Assembly (NCBI GenBank): GCA_024704765.1
Contig: JAKMXF010000166.1
Location: forward strand, 398,743 to 462,742
Reading direction: 5' to 3'
Length of the DNA stretch: 64,000 nt
DNA from: Oopsacas minuta
Taxonomy: Eukaryota > Animalia > Porifera
Under the pieces are notes generated by a model that was not told the origin of the DNA, searched no databases, and was given only the letters and a program-made list of their open reading frames with translations. Position numbers and translations under genes: made by a program. This document shows, one piece after another, positions 9,929-23,491 of the stretch; the stretch's first letter is position 1, and the number at the start of each line of letters is the position of its first letter.

Positions 9929-12346
9929 TTGTACGTTCATATGTCTAGCTCTTATTACCTCAGCAGAATGTCTACTAACTCAGCTCCTCTACCTCCTAGT
10001 TCAGAAATCTCCACTCTCAGAAACAGTCTCCACAGAAATGAGACCCAGCGTGACTCAGAGGACTATAGACTGACTATACAGAAAGTAGTAGCTAGTATGA
10101 CACAAGGGATAGACGTGTCCTCTCTATTCGGAGAGATGGTTAAAGCAAGTGCTACACAAGATGTGAGACAAAAGAAGTTAGTCTATCTATACATCTGTAG
10201 ATATGCAGATGAAAACCAAGAGCTCAGTTTGATGGCAATCAATACACTAATCAAAGACATGAATGATCAGAACCCTACAGTGAGGGGGTTAGCCCTTAGG
10301 AGTCTGTGTCTCCTCAAGCTCAAAGGTCTTCCTGAGTTCGTGCGTGTTCCTCTCAAATCAGGTTTGACGGACAAGAGTGCATATGTACGTCGTGTAGCTG
10401 TACTGAGTGTAGCTAAGCTATACCGACATTACCCCGAGCTAATACACGAGCTTAATATGGCTAGCTTCCTCTACTCAACAATAAAGGACAGAGATGCTCA
10501 GGTAGTCATAAACTCAATATGTGCTCTGAATGAGATCCTAGCACATGAAGGTGGTATTATTATCAATAATAACATAGCTGGTTATCTACTGAACAGATTC
10601 AATGAGTTTTCTGAATGGGGTCAGGCAGTTGTCCTTGAGACTCTAACTAAGTATAAGATACAAGATGAGAGTGAGTTAATTGATCTACTCAATCGAATGG
10701 ATCCTCATCTAGAGGCCCAGAATACAGGAGTATTAATGGCAGTTATAAAACTGTTTATGGCTATTATTAATGAAATTCCTCAGTTACAGTCTGACGCTGC
10801 AATCAGGATTAGACCTATCCTATTGAACATAGCTTCATCTCCCTGTTCTGAAATATGTTATTCAGCTCTAGCACATATAGAAATACTCATAGACAAGCTA
10901 CCTTCTCTCAGTTTACAGCAGAACCATAAGACATTCTATTGTAGATACTCAGATCCTGTTTATGTTAAAGTTAAGAAAGTAGAAATGCTAGCCCAGCTGA
11001 TATCTGATAAGAACATGCATGAGATAATTAACGAGCTGAGTGAGGCAGCACTTGATAGTAATATAGAAGTAGGTAAGCGAGCTGTTAACACTATTAAAAC
11101 TATAGCGTTACGTCATCCAAATGCTGTAGAATTGTGTCTGGTTAAATTCAGTGAATTACTGACTATAGAGAGACCACATATAATTACAGTACTGTTGGTT
11201 TCCAGCACTACACTTGTTAGGAAGTTTCCCGATAAAGCTGACGTGTTCGTCAACCATATACCAGATCTTCTACAACATGTTGAGGATAGTGTGGAAGGGA
11301 GAGCGTGTCTTGTCTGGTTACTAGGAGAGTTTGGCACAACTCTATCAGAATCTCCGTACATTCTAGAGCAATACATCAACTCTATTGCTGACGAAACAGA
11401 ACCTAGTTTCAAACTGAATTTACTCTCAGCTTCCATGAAACTATTCCTCAGAGGACGTGCTCCAGAGATGCAGCTATCTCTCGGTAAACTGTTGGCTTAC
11501 TATATAGAAGAAGAGATGGACATGGATGTACACGATAGAGCTCTCCTGTACTATCGTATGTTGAGAGAGAATGTGTATGAAGCTCAGAAGATATTCTCAA
11601 AACCTGCTCATTCACCTGAATTGTCATTTGACATACCAACCGAGCAACAGCTAGAGTTTAACTCTGAATTCAACTCTCTAGCTGTTATATACAGTCGTCC
11701 TTCTAGTCACTTTATAACACAGACCCCGCCTTACGTCACACGACCATACAAACCTGCAGAAAATCCTCTAGATGAATTACCCACCAGACAACTCCATATA
11801 GAGTTAAATGATCTACCAGGTTCTCCTACTCGGGTTATTCCCCCTGTTGAGCAACCTCCCCTCCTGGATATAGACGTTTCTGAGCCAGCTGTTCAGCTTG
11901 CGGAAGAAGTACCACCACCCTCCTTGGACGTATTCGATCACCTGTTGATTACTCCTGTCTGTGATGAAAAGCCTAAAGAGCTGATTGATTTGATCCCAGA
12001 CGCTAAACTCTCTTCTAAGGAGTTTGAACGTTTATGGAGGAGTATCACATCTGAACAGGTAGTAGAATTTCAGCTAGCAGTTCTACCTACACCAAAAGAA
12101 TGGAAACAAACAGCTCAAATTTTTAACATTACTCTCATGGCATGGAGTCCCACACACATACAACCAATGAAATGTTTCCTCTATGCACAGCACACTGAGG
12201 GCAGCTGGTTACTCGTGCAGACTCTGATATCAGCTGACAAAGACCTCAAAGCTATGATTAGAGTACAAAATAGTGCGCTTTCTAATACCTTTAGGACTCA
12301 TTTCAAGAATTCTTTCATTGGATCCTGGATGCCACCAGACGTATAA
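9929..12346 (+). CDS. AP4B1: AP-4 complex subunit beta-1, intronless (true start probably a downstream Met such as MSTNSAP)
   Basis: Adaptin N domain GIDVSSLFGEMVKASATQDVRQKKLVYLY, DQNPTVRGLALRSLCLL, DMDVHDRALLYYRML; short beta-appendage C-terminus typical of beta-4. Confidence 0.9.
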   Translation: MYVHMSSSYYLSRMSTNSAPLPPSSEISTLRNSLHRNETQRDSEDYRLTIQKVVASMTQGIDVSSLFGEMVKASATQDVRQKKLVYLYICRYADENQELSLMAINTLIKDMNDQNPTVRGLALRSLCLLKLKGLPEFVRVPLKSGLTDKSAYVRRVAVLSVAKLYRHYPELIHELNMASFLYSTIKDRDAQVVINSICALNEILAHEGGIIINNNIAGYLLNRFNEFSEWGQAVVLETLTKYKIQDESELIDLLNRMDPHLEAQNTGVLMAVIKLFMAIINEIPQLQSDAAIRIRPILLNIASSPCSEICYSALAHIEILIDKLPSLSLQQNHKTFYCRYSDPVYVKVKKVEMLAQLISDKNMHEIINELSEAALDSNIEVGKRAVNTIKTIALRHPNAVELCLVKFSELLTIERPHIITVLLVSSTTLVRKFPDKADVFVNHIPDLLQHVEDSVEGRACLVWLLGEFGTTLSESPYILEQYINSIADETEPSFKLNLLSASMKLFLRGRAPEMQLSLGKLLAYYIEEEMDMDVHDRALLYYRMLRENVYEAQKIFSKPAHSPELSFDIPTEQQLEFNSEFNSLAVIYSRPSSHFITQTPPYVTRPYKPAENPLDELPTRQLHIELNDLPGSPTRVIPPVEQPPLLDIDVSEPAVQLAEEVPPPSLDVFDHLLITPVCDEKPKELIDLIPDAKLSSKEFERLWRSITSEQVVEFQLAVLPTPKEWKQTAQIFNITLMAWSPTHIQPMKCFLYAQHTEGSWLLVQTLISADKDLKAMIRVQNSALSNTFRTHFKNSFIGSWMPPDV

Positions 12347-13867
12347 TTATTAATAAGAATGTTCATTCGATTATTATACATTTGTGTATATCGTTAGTAA
12401 AGATTATAACCTTGTAAATCTATATTCGAGATAACTGAGAATTATAAGACTAGTTAGGTATTCATACAGACTCAATCAGATTTCTACAGCTATATGTAAT
12501 TCAAAGAATTAATGGGAAATTTTGTTTGTTAGCCAAGAGACCACGGAGCTATGGTGACCCTCCTTTCAAAATACTTCTTTAACTATAGTGGAAGCGGCTT
12601 GATCCGGAATCGGATAATCGTGATTTACGCTCTATCGGAACTCGGTCTTATATGGAAGTATCTAAAAATTAACTGAAATTTACATCGGTTTCGAATAATC
12701 GGGCAAAAGCTTTACTCCCGAGCTGTCACAATTAATTGGCTTCTGCTGTATGATAAATTATAGGATAAGTGTACACTTCCTCGAATGGACATTTCGTCAT
12801 GGGTCCTAACTTGCTGGAGATGTTTTGGGTATTCTGAGCTACCCCACGGCTGGTTGAAAGGGATTCTGAATTACGAATAATTGGGATAGGTGGAAAGAAT
12901 CAGTGTTTGCAACCGCTGGTTAAATTCAACCCCGCTGCGTTGCGCAGGGCTTATAAATTTTGTCGGCTGCTGTGTAGTCTAATAATTTAATTGGATCTCG
13001 CTGCGGGTTCCTTTAGGCTATCATGCTGACTAGTGTGCATAACGGTTAGCGGAATGTAATAGCCCATAAATATCACAGATGCGCCTACATATATTATTAT
13101 TTTACAAATGTTAAGTAAGATACCTCGTTAAAAATGTATCAAAACCGATTGCCTATGTTTATCCCTTTTTGTACTAAAGCCCATAAAGTCTAAAATTTTC
13201 TTTAAAAAAATTACACTCTTCCCGAGAAAGATTAATCAACGTCTCCCAAGGTTTTGATTGAATTTGTTCACAGCTTCCTGTAGTATAATATATTTACTAC
13301 ACACACTTTGATTTTTATGGTAATTTTCATATTAGTATTATACAATATTTCCATTTTATGGGATCTATTAACTAATTACTTTCTTAACGATGTTTGAATT
13401 CGAACTACGCATATAATCATTTAATAAATTACCTGAACACAACGATGTATTTTTATCAGAAGAGTGTGTGTTTGTAAGCGCTGCCAACGCTTGTAAACAC
13501 TAGAAAGAATGCTGTGTAGTAGTATTCTGGTTAGAAAATTAGTACATATGACTATCCACCAGGGAAACTGCTATAGGGGGCATTTACTATATGATGCCGG
13601 CAATAATATCTATATCTGACGAATCCTGTTCGACCAAATGTCCGTCGACGAAGTGTCCGCCATTCTAATTATAGATGTTCTTATTCTTGGTACAATATAC
13701 TTACAAGGCCGTAGAGATAGGAGGGGATTGGGCGTTAAGCTCCCCCAATTGTAGAACTTATTGCCAATATTACTAGTATTAATAAACTATAGTGGAACAT
13801 CGTTAATACGAACACGAAAGGACGGTTAAAATTTGTTCGCATTAGATAATTACAAAAATTGTAACAA

Positions 13868-14770
13868 CTAAAATAATTGTAAACAGGAATTTCTAAATGA
13901 GCCACAACAAATATAGTTCCTAAAGTAGAAATACAAATGCCACATGGTATGTTACATCCCTTTCTTCTCCCTGCTATATTCCCTACTATATGAATAAGTT
14001 CTCCTGAAGGAGAAAATATTTTGATGATGTTACGGTAATAATCGCTACAGAGAATATTCCCTGCTGGATCCAAACAAAAATACATTGGAAAAGGAAAAAT
14101 ACCATCCCACACATTAGAAACATATGAATTTATCAGATCTCCATTTCTCCAGTAGAAATGGACACAATAATTACTGCAATCTAGGACTGCTATTCCGTTT
14201 GGAGTGACCTTTACGTCTCGAGGACTCTTTAGCTGTTGAGTACCCAAACAATTTAAGAATGCAAGATTTTCTGAGTAAATACATACTCTATTATTGTCAC
14301 GATCAGCTACATAGACTTCTCCATTATAGTCGATACAGAGTCCACAAGGATGATCTACCTCTCCCTCACTTGATCCTCTGGTATCAGTCCTCATTACCTT
14401 AAACTCACTGAATTGGAACAAAGTATGGCGTGTATAGTCTGTAACAAAGACGTGATCTTCTGTTGCTGCTATACCCCAGGGACCCTGGAGTATGGCCGGT
14501 CCAAAAGTAGTGACGAAGTTTCCCTCAAATGTAACAACTTAATACGACAGTTGCCCCTATCAGCTACGTATATCAGCTAATTAGCTTCATATAATGCTAG
14601 ACCTCTTGCTTCCGATAATTCGTTGTTAGCATTCCCACTCTTCCTAACAGATATGGCAGGCTGTTTCTTAAGAGAGTAGTCTACTTTCCATACATTCACC
14701 TGGGTAGACATAGGAGTAGCTTCTGGATTTTTAGTTGCCGTTTGTTTGATCGGAGTTAGTTGTGTAATAA
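13868..14770 (-). pseudogene. NHL-repeat protein pseudogene
   Basis: NHL repeats (PCGLCIDYNGEVYVADRDNNRV; GPWGIA..DHVFVTD; ARGLALYEAN*LIYVADRGNCRI) split by an in-frame stop and frameshifts; the natural end SCLQLF* is in a different frame at 13868-13870. Confidence 0.8.
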
Positions 14771-15047
14771 TTTAACAATATCTGAACTAGTATTGTCTGT
14801 CTATGTAGCTTTTATCGATATTCGATAGGGTTAATGGAATGAGTGATATAGTAAATTGCAATTTGCTAATAAATAAACCTAATAAATATCCAAAAATATG
14901 CATATATACCTGGTATCTAATCCAGGCTGTCAAAAGTTCCTATATAATAAGGTCAGGTCTCAAGATTATTCAGGGCAATTTCTGGTCATATAACAATCAA
15001 TTGAGTGCAAATAATAAACTCAGTAATGAGGAAACCACACTCTAAGG

Positions 15048-17332
15048 CAGGGGTCTTCAACCTTTTTCTTCTATGAGCCAAATATTAGTTTCGTATTAGA
15101 TTGGCGAGCCGCATTAAAAGTTAAGGATTATGTATTCTATATATTAATATAGTACTGTATTATTATGAGTAATTTATCAGAGTAAAATATTAATGTGAAG
15201 GTTGGTACTGTTTTTGTTGTTGTATTAAGATGCTATCTATATTAGGTTTCATATCAGTCGATGAAATACGAAGAACGTCTTGGAGGTGGTCATCAGTCAA
15301 ATTAGTTCTATATTTATTCTTGATATATTTCATTTTAGAGAAAAATGCCTCGCAAGTGTAAGTGCTTCCAAATAAACTAGCTATCCTTCTTGCGTGTTTT
15401 AAAATAGCAGGATAGATATCTGAAGGAAGAGTTTTATAGAAACTAATTACTCCAACATCCTTGAAGTCTGCCTTGAGATCTATGCTAGACTGCAGGTCTA
15501 CGAGTTCAAGTTGAAGCTCCTGTGGAGCATATTACGGATCAAAACTGAAAGGCTGTGCAAAAATCTCGAAGCTTTGTTGTTGATTTCTAAAATCTCCAAA
15601 TCGAGTATCAAAGTTTTCTTGGAGATTTGAAATAATTTCAGCATATTTGTTTCCATCGGCTATCTTGTGACTTTAGTGCTGGAAAGTGAGAAAAATTGTT
15701 ATTTTTAAGCTGTAACTTAAATAGAGCGAGTTTCATCTCAAAACTTCGAATTGTGGCATAAAGTTCATGAATCAACTTGTTCTTTCCCTGAAGTGTGGAA
15801 TTTAGAATATTTAGGTGTGTAGTCATATCTAGAAGGAAGGCAAAGTCGCTAATCCAATTTGTATCTTCGAATTCAGGAACTTTCTTGCCCTTTGAGGCTA
15901 AGAAACTTGATATTTCATCTCGTAATTCCCAAACTCTTTCAAGAACTACTCCTCTACTCAACCACCTAACACTTGTAAAATATAATACATCTCCGTAATC
16001 TGAATAGAGATCTTTCAAAAATTCTTTAAATTCTCTATGATTCACCCCTTTAGATCTGATAAAATTTACAACGTCTACTATCAACTTCATAACATTTTCC
16101 AGTCCAAGTGTTTTCGCACATAGGGCCTCTTGATGAATAATACAGTGACACCATGATATTTCTGTCACATTATTTTCTGTCAACCATCGTAGAACTTGAC
16201 CAATAAACCCTGTACCTGTACCAAGCATTGATGGAGCTCCATCTGTTGAAATGCCAGATAACTTTAAGGCAGGAATGTTGTTTTCCGACACAGTCTTAAG
16301 AAACTCATCGACAATATCAATGCCACGAGTTCTTCCATGCATAGAACGCAGAGACAGTAATTCCTCGGTAATGTTGAAGTTTTCATCAACGCCTCTTATC
16401 CAGATTGCCAATTGCTCAACATCACAAATATCTTTACTTCCATCAAGTGCCAAGCTACAGAAACTAAAACAACTTGTCTTTTCCAATAGTTGTGTATGAA
16501 TATTTTTTGAAATTGATTCCACTCGACGCATTACTGTCGTAGCGCTCAAGGATACCTGCTGTATTAGTTGTTTTTTGTCTGGACAACATTGATCAGCGAA
16601 TTCATTTAGACATTCCTTTATAAATTCACCATCCGTAAATGGTTTCATACGTTTCGCGATTATATTACTGATAGCAAAGCTAACTGCTGTGATAGACTTA
16701 ACCGAATTATCATTTTTTGAAAAGCTTGATTGTTCACTCTTCAAGTTTCTTTTAAGATTGTCTAGTTTAGTCTTTCGTGATTCCCCAAGAATTCCCACAA
16801 AATTTGATTGGTGTTTGGTATTGTAATGCCTTTCAAAGTTTCCTTTTTTAGCGGAAGCTATTGTTTCACGGCATATTAGACAAATGAACTTGCCACTGTC
16901 CTCCACGAAAAAATACTTTATTTCCCATTCTATCTTGAATGACCGATTTTCTTCTTGTATCTTCCGCTTTTTCGACGTAGAAGTAGCCATAGTGGATACG
17001 TAAATAATTAATGAATAATAAAAAATGTGTATTTGGAGAGTATTTGAAATCCGAAAATGAAATTGTATATTGTCAAATACTTCTGATTTATACTTGTATT
17101 TGTATTTGAATATTGACTGAAGACTTAAATTAATTACTGAAGACAACAAAGGTCTTCTATACACTTTAAACACCATCAAGGTTTCCAGGATTGGGAAACA
17201 AAAAAGTGCTAATATTTAAGTATATTCACAATATCTGTTGAATAAAATACAACAAATTTCAAAATTAACAAAGTGAAGACAAAATAAACAAAAACAAGAA
17301 TTATCCCGCGAGCCGCAGGTTGAAGACCCCTG
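15048..17332 (-). mobile_element. Full-length hAT DNA transposon (Buster/Charlie/SPIN-type)
   Basis: Perfect 15-bp TIR CAGGGGTCTTCAACC at both ends; perfect 8-bp TSD CTCTAAGG (15040-15047, 17333-17340); subterminal GCGAGCCGCA at both ends. Confidence 0.97.
15190..16990 (-). pseudogene. hAT transposase (GTF2IRD2/ZBED-like) with one frameshift and one nonsense codon
   Basis: Start MATSTSKKRK; zinc-finger CLIC..H; LALDGSKD, STDGAPSM, CIIHQEALC, VRWLSRG; after a frameshift near 15661 the frame continues ADGNKYAEI..FDP*YAPQELQLEL..GSTYTCEAFFS..QPSH*. Confidence 0.92.
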
Positions 17333-18442
17333 CTCTAAGGGATGGATGGAAATCTTCCCAGTTTTTACTCAGTATATATTTTGACGAAAACCTATTACAA
17401 TGAAGATTATCATACTCGAAACTAGTTGACTGTATCATGGAAGTGATCCAATTCAATTTACGAGGTAAGTGACGAGATTAGCAAGGTAAGATTATTAAAG
17501 AAGAAATATAACCGGAATTCCCCGAAGCCCGAATATGACCTGATTCAGGTCAGGTCATGAACTTTTGACAAGCCTAATCTAATCAGCTCTATTCCAGGAA
17601 AAGTCCACTCGTATTGGAATTTGATATGCTACTCTTTCTCTTCCTGAGACTAACTCGGTGAGGCTTGTCAGTAGGTAATACATATACAATATGTAAATTT
17701 GTTGTTGTTTTTATGAATATAAAGTAAACAAATTTGCAAAATTTATGTAGATACTTGCTCTCAACGGCTACAAAGGGGGTTGATTTTACAAAATAATTCG
17801 ATAATATATCTGCATATACGTATATTCGTGAATTACATTGTTCTAAATATATCTATATTATAATACTCAAAGGGGCCGTCAATTTTGGAGAATAATGGAT
17901 ACCTCGAAGCGGAATGCGCCGAATTCATAACGAAGCGACGAGCCAAAGGCTCGTAATATTGAATATCATGATAGTCAACACAGTTTTCCATTGTATCTAA
18001 CCTGAAATATTTCTCAGATCCAGGAGTCCAAAATCAGTCGGGGTCTGCCGCTTTACGCTATCTACACGGGGTGGTCAGGGTGCCCCTTAATGAACACAAA
18101 TAAATAACCATGAGCTGCACTATCAGTCTGTCGGCTGGACATTTTCGTACTATTTGTTAGCAGGAATATAAGTAAGAAAAAACCCGATAGCAAGAATAAA
18201 CCGCTGGAAAATGTATATATATATATATCCTACATTCTTTACAATCTGAGGATGAAAATGGCATGAAATACCGGTTTAGACTATGTACACAAACATTTCG
18301 TGGACAACTAAACGTAATACAAATTTTTGATAGGAATAGTGAATAAAATTCAGCAATTGTATGTACTGATAATTGGTCTCATTCTAAAAACTAAATTACA
18401 AATACTAGAGACCTTGTAGCTATAGAGATGAGAGGATAATAG

Positions 18443-19855
18443 TTAAAGTTCAAATACTTGCAGTTGATCATCATCTCTATCACAAAGTGTAACAATTGAA
18501 TTGTCATCAAATAGAGCTATACCAGCTGGTTCCATGAACTCTCCCTCAGAATTTCCCCTACATCCGATATTACAGATATGGAATCCTGTATTCCTGTATA
18601 TCTTAATACAATCATGAGTAGAGTCTGTAATCAATATGTTATTATCAGAATCAATACAGAAACAAACTGGATGGCCAACCTTCTGTTTGTTATTTCCCTT
18701 CTTAACCACTCTTCTAAGGAACATACCGCCTCTAGTATAAAAGCTTACGCAGTATTCTCCGTCATGTAGAATAGCTACTTCACTCCCTACAGCCTTCACA
18801 TCTCTTGGGTTACTCAATTGGGAAGTTAACACAGTTATAAATACGAGATGTTTCGTAAAAACAACAACACGATCTCTCCCTTGATCACACACATAAATCC
18901 GCTCACTGCTATCCATGGTGATACCAGTAGGATTATTGAAAGCACTAGTAGTACCGTAGTGAGTAATTTCCTTAATGAATGTGCCGTCTAGCTTATAACA
19001 GTGTACTGCATCTCTCCCAAATATAGTGATATACACACGATCCAAACTGCCCGAAACATAAATACCAACTGGATTAACCATTCTTTTGTGGGTGAATTCA
19101 CGGAGATAACTGCCGTCACGTTCAAATACAACTATACAGTGGTTATTGTAATCAGCTACATATATATGATCAGTATCGTCATCTATACCTACGCCACGTG
19201 GGTCATCTAGTTCTCCGCAACCTTGGCCTGCCAAACAACTAGTATTAGTGGGAATACTTATTATTTTGTATTTCTGTTCTAGACTAAGTTGTACCTCCTC
19301 ACAGCTCGAACTAGAAGAAGAATTGCCAGTATACAAAGGAATATAATCAGCTACTTAAGGAAATATGTAAAGTTTCTGATCACTAATATTGAGTTTTTTC
19401 ATAGAATTAGTAAGACTATCCTCTTGTGGATGTATCTTAACACTAATCTTACAGAAGTTATTCAAGAGAATCTGTTCTGTAGAGAGATCCCAGTCAAGCA
19501 CCAGAAGCTTGCAATTGTTCTCTGAGAATAAATGTTGTATTTGATCAGTAATTGAGCTAATACGATTACCCAAGTTACTGCTGATTACAGTGCTACTGAG
19601 ACATTGCGTTAAACGCCTTAGTTCTTCCTCCTTCTCCACTTCTATGCGATGTTCGTTTTCCATTTCCTGAAGTTTTTCCAAAAGCTGAGATTTAAACACG
19701 TTTATATTTTGTATCAATCTACTAAAATTTGTTTCGAGTTCTACTCTAGCATTCTGAATCTGAGAGAGGAAATTTAGTTGATAAGAAGCTCCAGCCATAA
19801 ATACCAATACAGCTAAACTAATATTGATGTAAGATATATACTTAAATTCGTTCAT
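18443..19855 (-). CDS. Coiled-coil + NHL-repeat protein interrupted by one in-frame TAA (19355-19357)
   Basis: ORFs 19355-19855 (coiled coil) and 18443-19336 (six NHL blades, e.g. DPRGVGIDDDTDHIYVADYNNHCIVVF) are in the same frame, separated only by the stop and 6 codons. Confidence 0.8.
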
Positions 19856-20220
19856 TCTTGTATAAATAGTAATCTATTATCAGTGATCGACAAATTAGTT
19901 GGTTAGGTGAACTTAGTGGCTTAGTTAAAACTTAGGATTTTTGGTTATACACTTCCGTCTAAAACGCGGGAAAGCTAGTGTCTGTATGTATGTGTGTCCG
20001 CAGCTGTTTCATATGTACCAAATCCATAGAAGTTGACACTAGTAGTCTGATACCAAACTACATGTATTATGCAAAAATTTTGGAAAAGTAAATCAGAAAA
20101 TCAAAATTAATTCCACAACCTGATACAATATTTTAGAAGAAAATACTAAACAATATGCTACACAATTATTGTTCTGTAAATACGAATACTAAGTACAGAG
20201 TAAACACAATATTAATAAAG

Positions 20221-21736
20221 TTATAATAATGGTAACAATTCTACTCTAATTTGAAGAGTTATGCTGTCTTCTTTATTATATTTCTCTTCTAATATTTCAG
20301 TGCATAAAATGAATGAACCAGTTCCCAAACCTTTATTCCTTAGCTCAGTAGGTCTCTTTAAGCTTTCAGAATATTTATCCAAATTAGTTACTACATTAGC
20401 GTGGACAAAATTATTTTGATTGTTAATCTGATTGAATAGAATAAATGTACTCTTGTATTTGATAGGCCAATGTAGTTTATCGTTACAAGCTCCATTCATA
20501 ATACAAATGAAAACACCTACTTTATCTGCATACCATGATTCCATTGAATACAGCCCTGACACTTATACAAACCAATATAGAAGGGATCACTGTAGGTATT
20601 CTCTTCGTTTGTATTTTTAGTTTGACACCATTAATCTTCCATTCCAATTGTCCTGAAGAATGCTGTGTTGAAAGTGCTTGAGTTAATTCTTCAATTCTTT
20701 TATCTTTGTCAATAATCTGATTTTCTAAATTTGTTACTCTGAAAGTAACACCAGTTAATTGCGCATATGCTGTATCCAATTTGTCTTGTATTGTCTAAAA
20801 TTTTCATTTTGAACCTGTTTGAAATCTGATAGCTCTTTGGCCTTAATTTGATTTCATTTCTAAGAATGCTATCTTATCAGTTGCCCTATCTAGTTTGTCC
20901 TTAATCTCAGTGATGGATAATTTGTAGTGTATTTGCATGAATTCTCTTTCATGAAGATCGAACTCTCTCCTCTCCATCTCCTCTCTATATCCATGGTCCC
21001 AATAAGGACACTGTACTTTCTGTAGAGGACACTCATTAGCTAGATGGATAGGAATAACTCTCTTTTTCACTTGTTTGATCCTTCCTCTCCTTCTGTTACA
21101 CATCCATTCGGGCAATAAACTGGAAAGTGCTCACAGTCCTCCAAATGAGGATTCATCTCACAAGCCTTCACTTTCCCGAGACAGAATTCACAGACTAGTT
21201 CTCTCAAGGGACTCGAGTCTCTCTGGTGTTCTGGAATCAGTCTCCTCTCCAGCTTTACAACTTTCCCTTTGCTCTCTCCTTCTAGAGAGACACATCCCAG
21301 AGGACACAGTACAGGAAAGAACTCACATTGTTCCAGGTGGCGTAGTACTGTACTTACTGTGTTACTCCATTTAAACCCTTTCTTCTTCAGGGGACAACTA
21401 ATCTACAAATAAATAACTCATCTGTAAATACAAACAAACAGTTGTAACTAACAACAAATTAACTACCATTTTATCGTTGACAATTTCACGATTCATCTGT
21501 ACTGGTTGCCATGCTACACCCACTGGAATGCAGACTCCACATCTCACTTCTTCCTGATAGAGACAAGGCTCTCTTAGCAATCCTCTACAGCTGCAACATA
21601 GCAATAATTTCTCTTCTACTTTGCTAGAGAAGTTTTCCACCAACAAATCTACCCTCCAGCCTCTATAGCTACCATCCTCTGTCTTTATGTGGACTAAATC
21701 CTCTCTCCCTTCTGAGTAACCTAACTTCTTGGCCAT
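20221..21736 (-). pseudogene. TRAF-like pseudogene, copy 1 (RING-like, TRAF zinc fingers, coiled coil, MATH)
   Basis: MAKKLG..CCSCRGLLREPC..CGVC; intron 21403-21466 (GT..AG); HLEQCEFFPVLCPLGC; HLANECPLQKVQCPYW; SGQLEWKI; VGVFICIMNGACNDKLHWP..DSITLQIRVE; several frameshifts and stops. Confidence 0.85.
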
Positions 21737-21895
21737 AATACAATCTATAAACATCATCGTAAATATATTGATTATACCAAAAATTACGAAGCATGTTAAT
21801 AGTGGACCCGAGTCAGCACAGGTTTGTTTCTGCACAAAAATGTATGCGCATTTGTACAGTACGTTCAAATTAGCGCTAAATACATAATGCATTCG

Positions 21896-22662
21896 GGCTT
21901 CCCTAATTCATGGAATGGGGCGGACAATTTTTCTTGAAGAAATTTCAAATTTGTTGTTTGTTGCACATTTGCCCTTGTAAATCACAGAATATTGTATCAT
22001 GACAGTTGTCAAGACTTATCACGTTGGTTGAAATCAATTATCTCAGTTTTCGAAATCTGCACTTCGTCTTGTGTGTATAATTTACTATCAGGCTAGTATA
22101 ACGCACTTATTCTAGCCTGATCGTACTCGCTGAGTGATGAAGATTCCATTTTAGAACGTCCAAATCGGTGTACAATTGAAAATGTTAGAGCAAGTACACT
22201 ACTAAGCCAAAGTCTTGGGCGAAATTGTATTAGTCATCAAATCAATTTATACTATAAAACATCTAGTAATATATACCATATTTGGTCCCCACCCAAAGTC
22301 GGTGCCACTGTAGTTAATGTCCCCTGGATAATTCTAGTAAATAGAGCTTCCTCTGGTTGTGTATCCGGGTGCCAGACTAGTTCCAGGTTGTATAATTGGG
22401 TATTTTATAGCTTGATCTGGGTGTTAAATGGGATATTTCTCCAGGAATCGAAATTAGAGAGGGAAATTTCTAGGAATAACTTGAATTTGTATAAATGGAT
22501 ACAACTTTCACATATTGATCACCATCGAAGTGAAATGTCATAGCAATTGCTTGACAACTGTTATTCTACACTATTCTGTGATTTTCAGGGTCAAATATGT
22601 GTCAAAAGACAAATTTGAAATTCTTCAAGACTCTCCGTTCCGTTCCGTGAATTAGGGAAGCC
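21896..22662. mobile_element. Non-autonomous long-TIR (Mutator-like) element
   Basis: Ends GGCTTCCCTAATTCA(T/C)GGAA(T/C)GG in inverted orientation with ~120-bp imperfect TIRs; same family as 26068-26452; no TSD visible. Confidence 0.6.
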
Positions 22663-23491
22663 AAAGGATTTAACCTCAGTGTTGGAAATAGAAGTAAGAT
22701 GGTGGCTTAAGTCAGCCACCAACAAATATTGATTTTATCGAGCACTGTTGACTAAACAATATAGTTGTAACCTCAACAAATGGGGTGCCAGTGACGCCGA
22801 AAACGCTACTCCGTTTGTAATTCGCTCTATTTATTTTTACTCCTCTTCCTTAGGAACCGTTTGTGTGGAGGTTTCATTATATAGAGTACCGGAATTTAGC
22901 TGTACTTTTGTAGTCTGCCGAGTGCCTACACCACAGATGAATTTTCAAGTTAGCAAGTATTTCTCGTATTTGTACTCACGCATAAATCTTTGTAGTAATA
23001 ATTTTTATACTGTGGAGTCTCCCAAAACGAACACACCGAGAAGCGGACAATCCTTCTACAACGGACAAACCTCCTGGAACAGAATGAATTAGCATGCATA
23101 TATGAAATACTTTAGCAGTTTCCGAGGAGCGGACAACTACGTTAAACGGACAGAAGCGCTGTCCCCAACTTGTCCATTATTCGGAGACTCTACTGTATAT
23201 ATTCCAACTTTCCAGATTTTGGTGGGACATCTTGCATTGTCACTTGTCAGACATGCTTTGAGTTCAATGTCCAGCCAAATCAGGCTAAAATCGGAATTGT
23301 CCCACCTTTTGTCCGCTAGACTAATGGTAAAATGCTAGGTCCGGCAAGTTTCCCAATATCCCGATTAATTTTGTAAACAATTTTAGCATACTAGCTCAAT
23401 TAAAATCTGGATTTGTACTGTATCCCACTGTAAGGTATAGGTACTGCAACAAGACTTGTATTACTATATCAGGTATATACATTAGAAAACA

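Noticed and set aside
15638-17179. ORF-track start 63 codons upstream of the transposase ATG
   Set aside because: Upstream part is AT-rich element leader; homology starts at MATSTSKKRK (16990)
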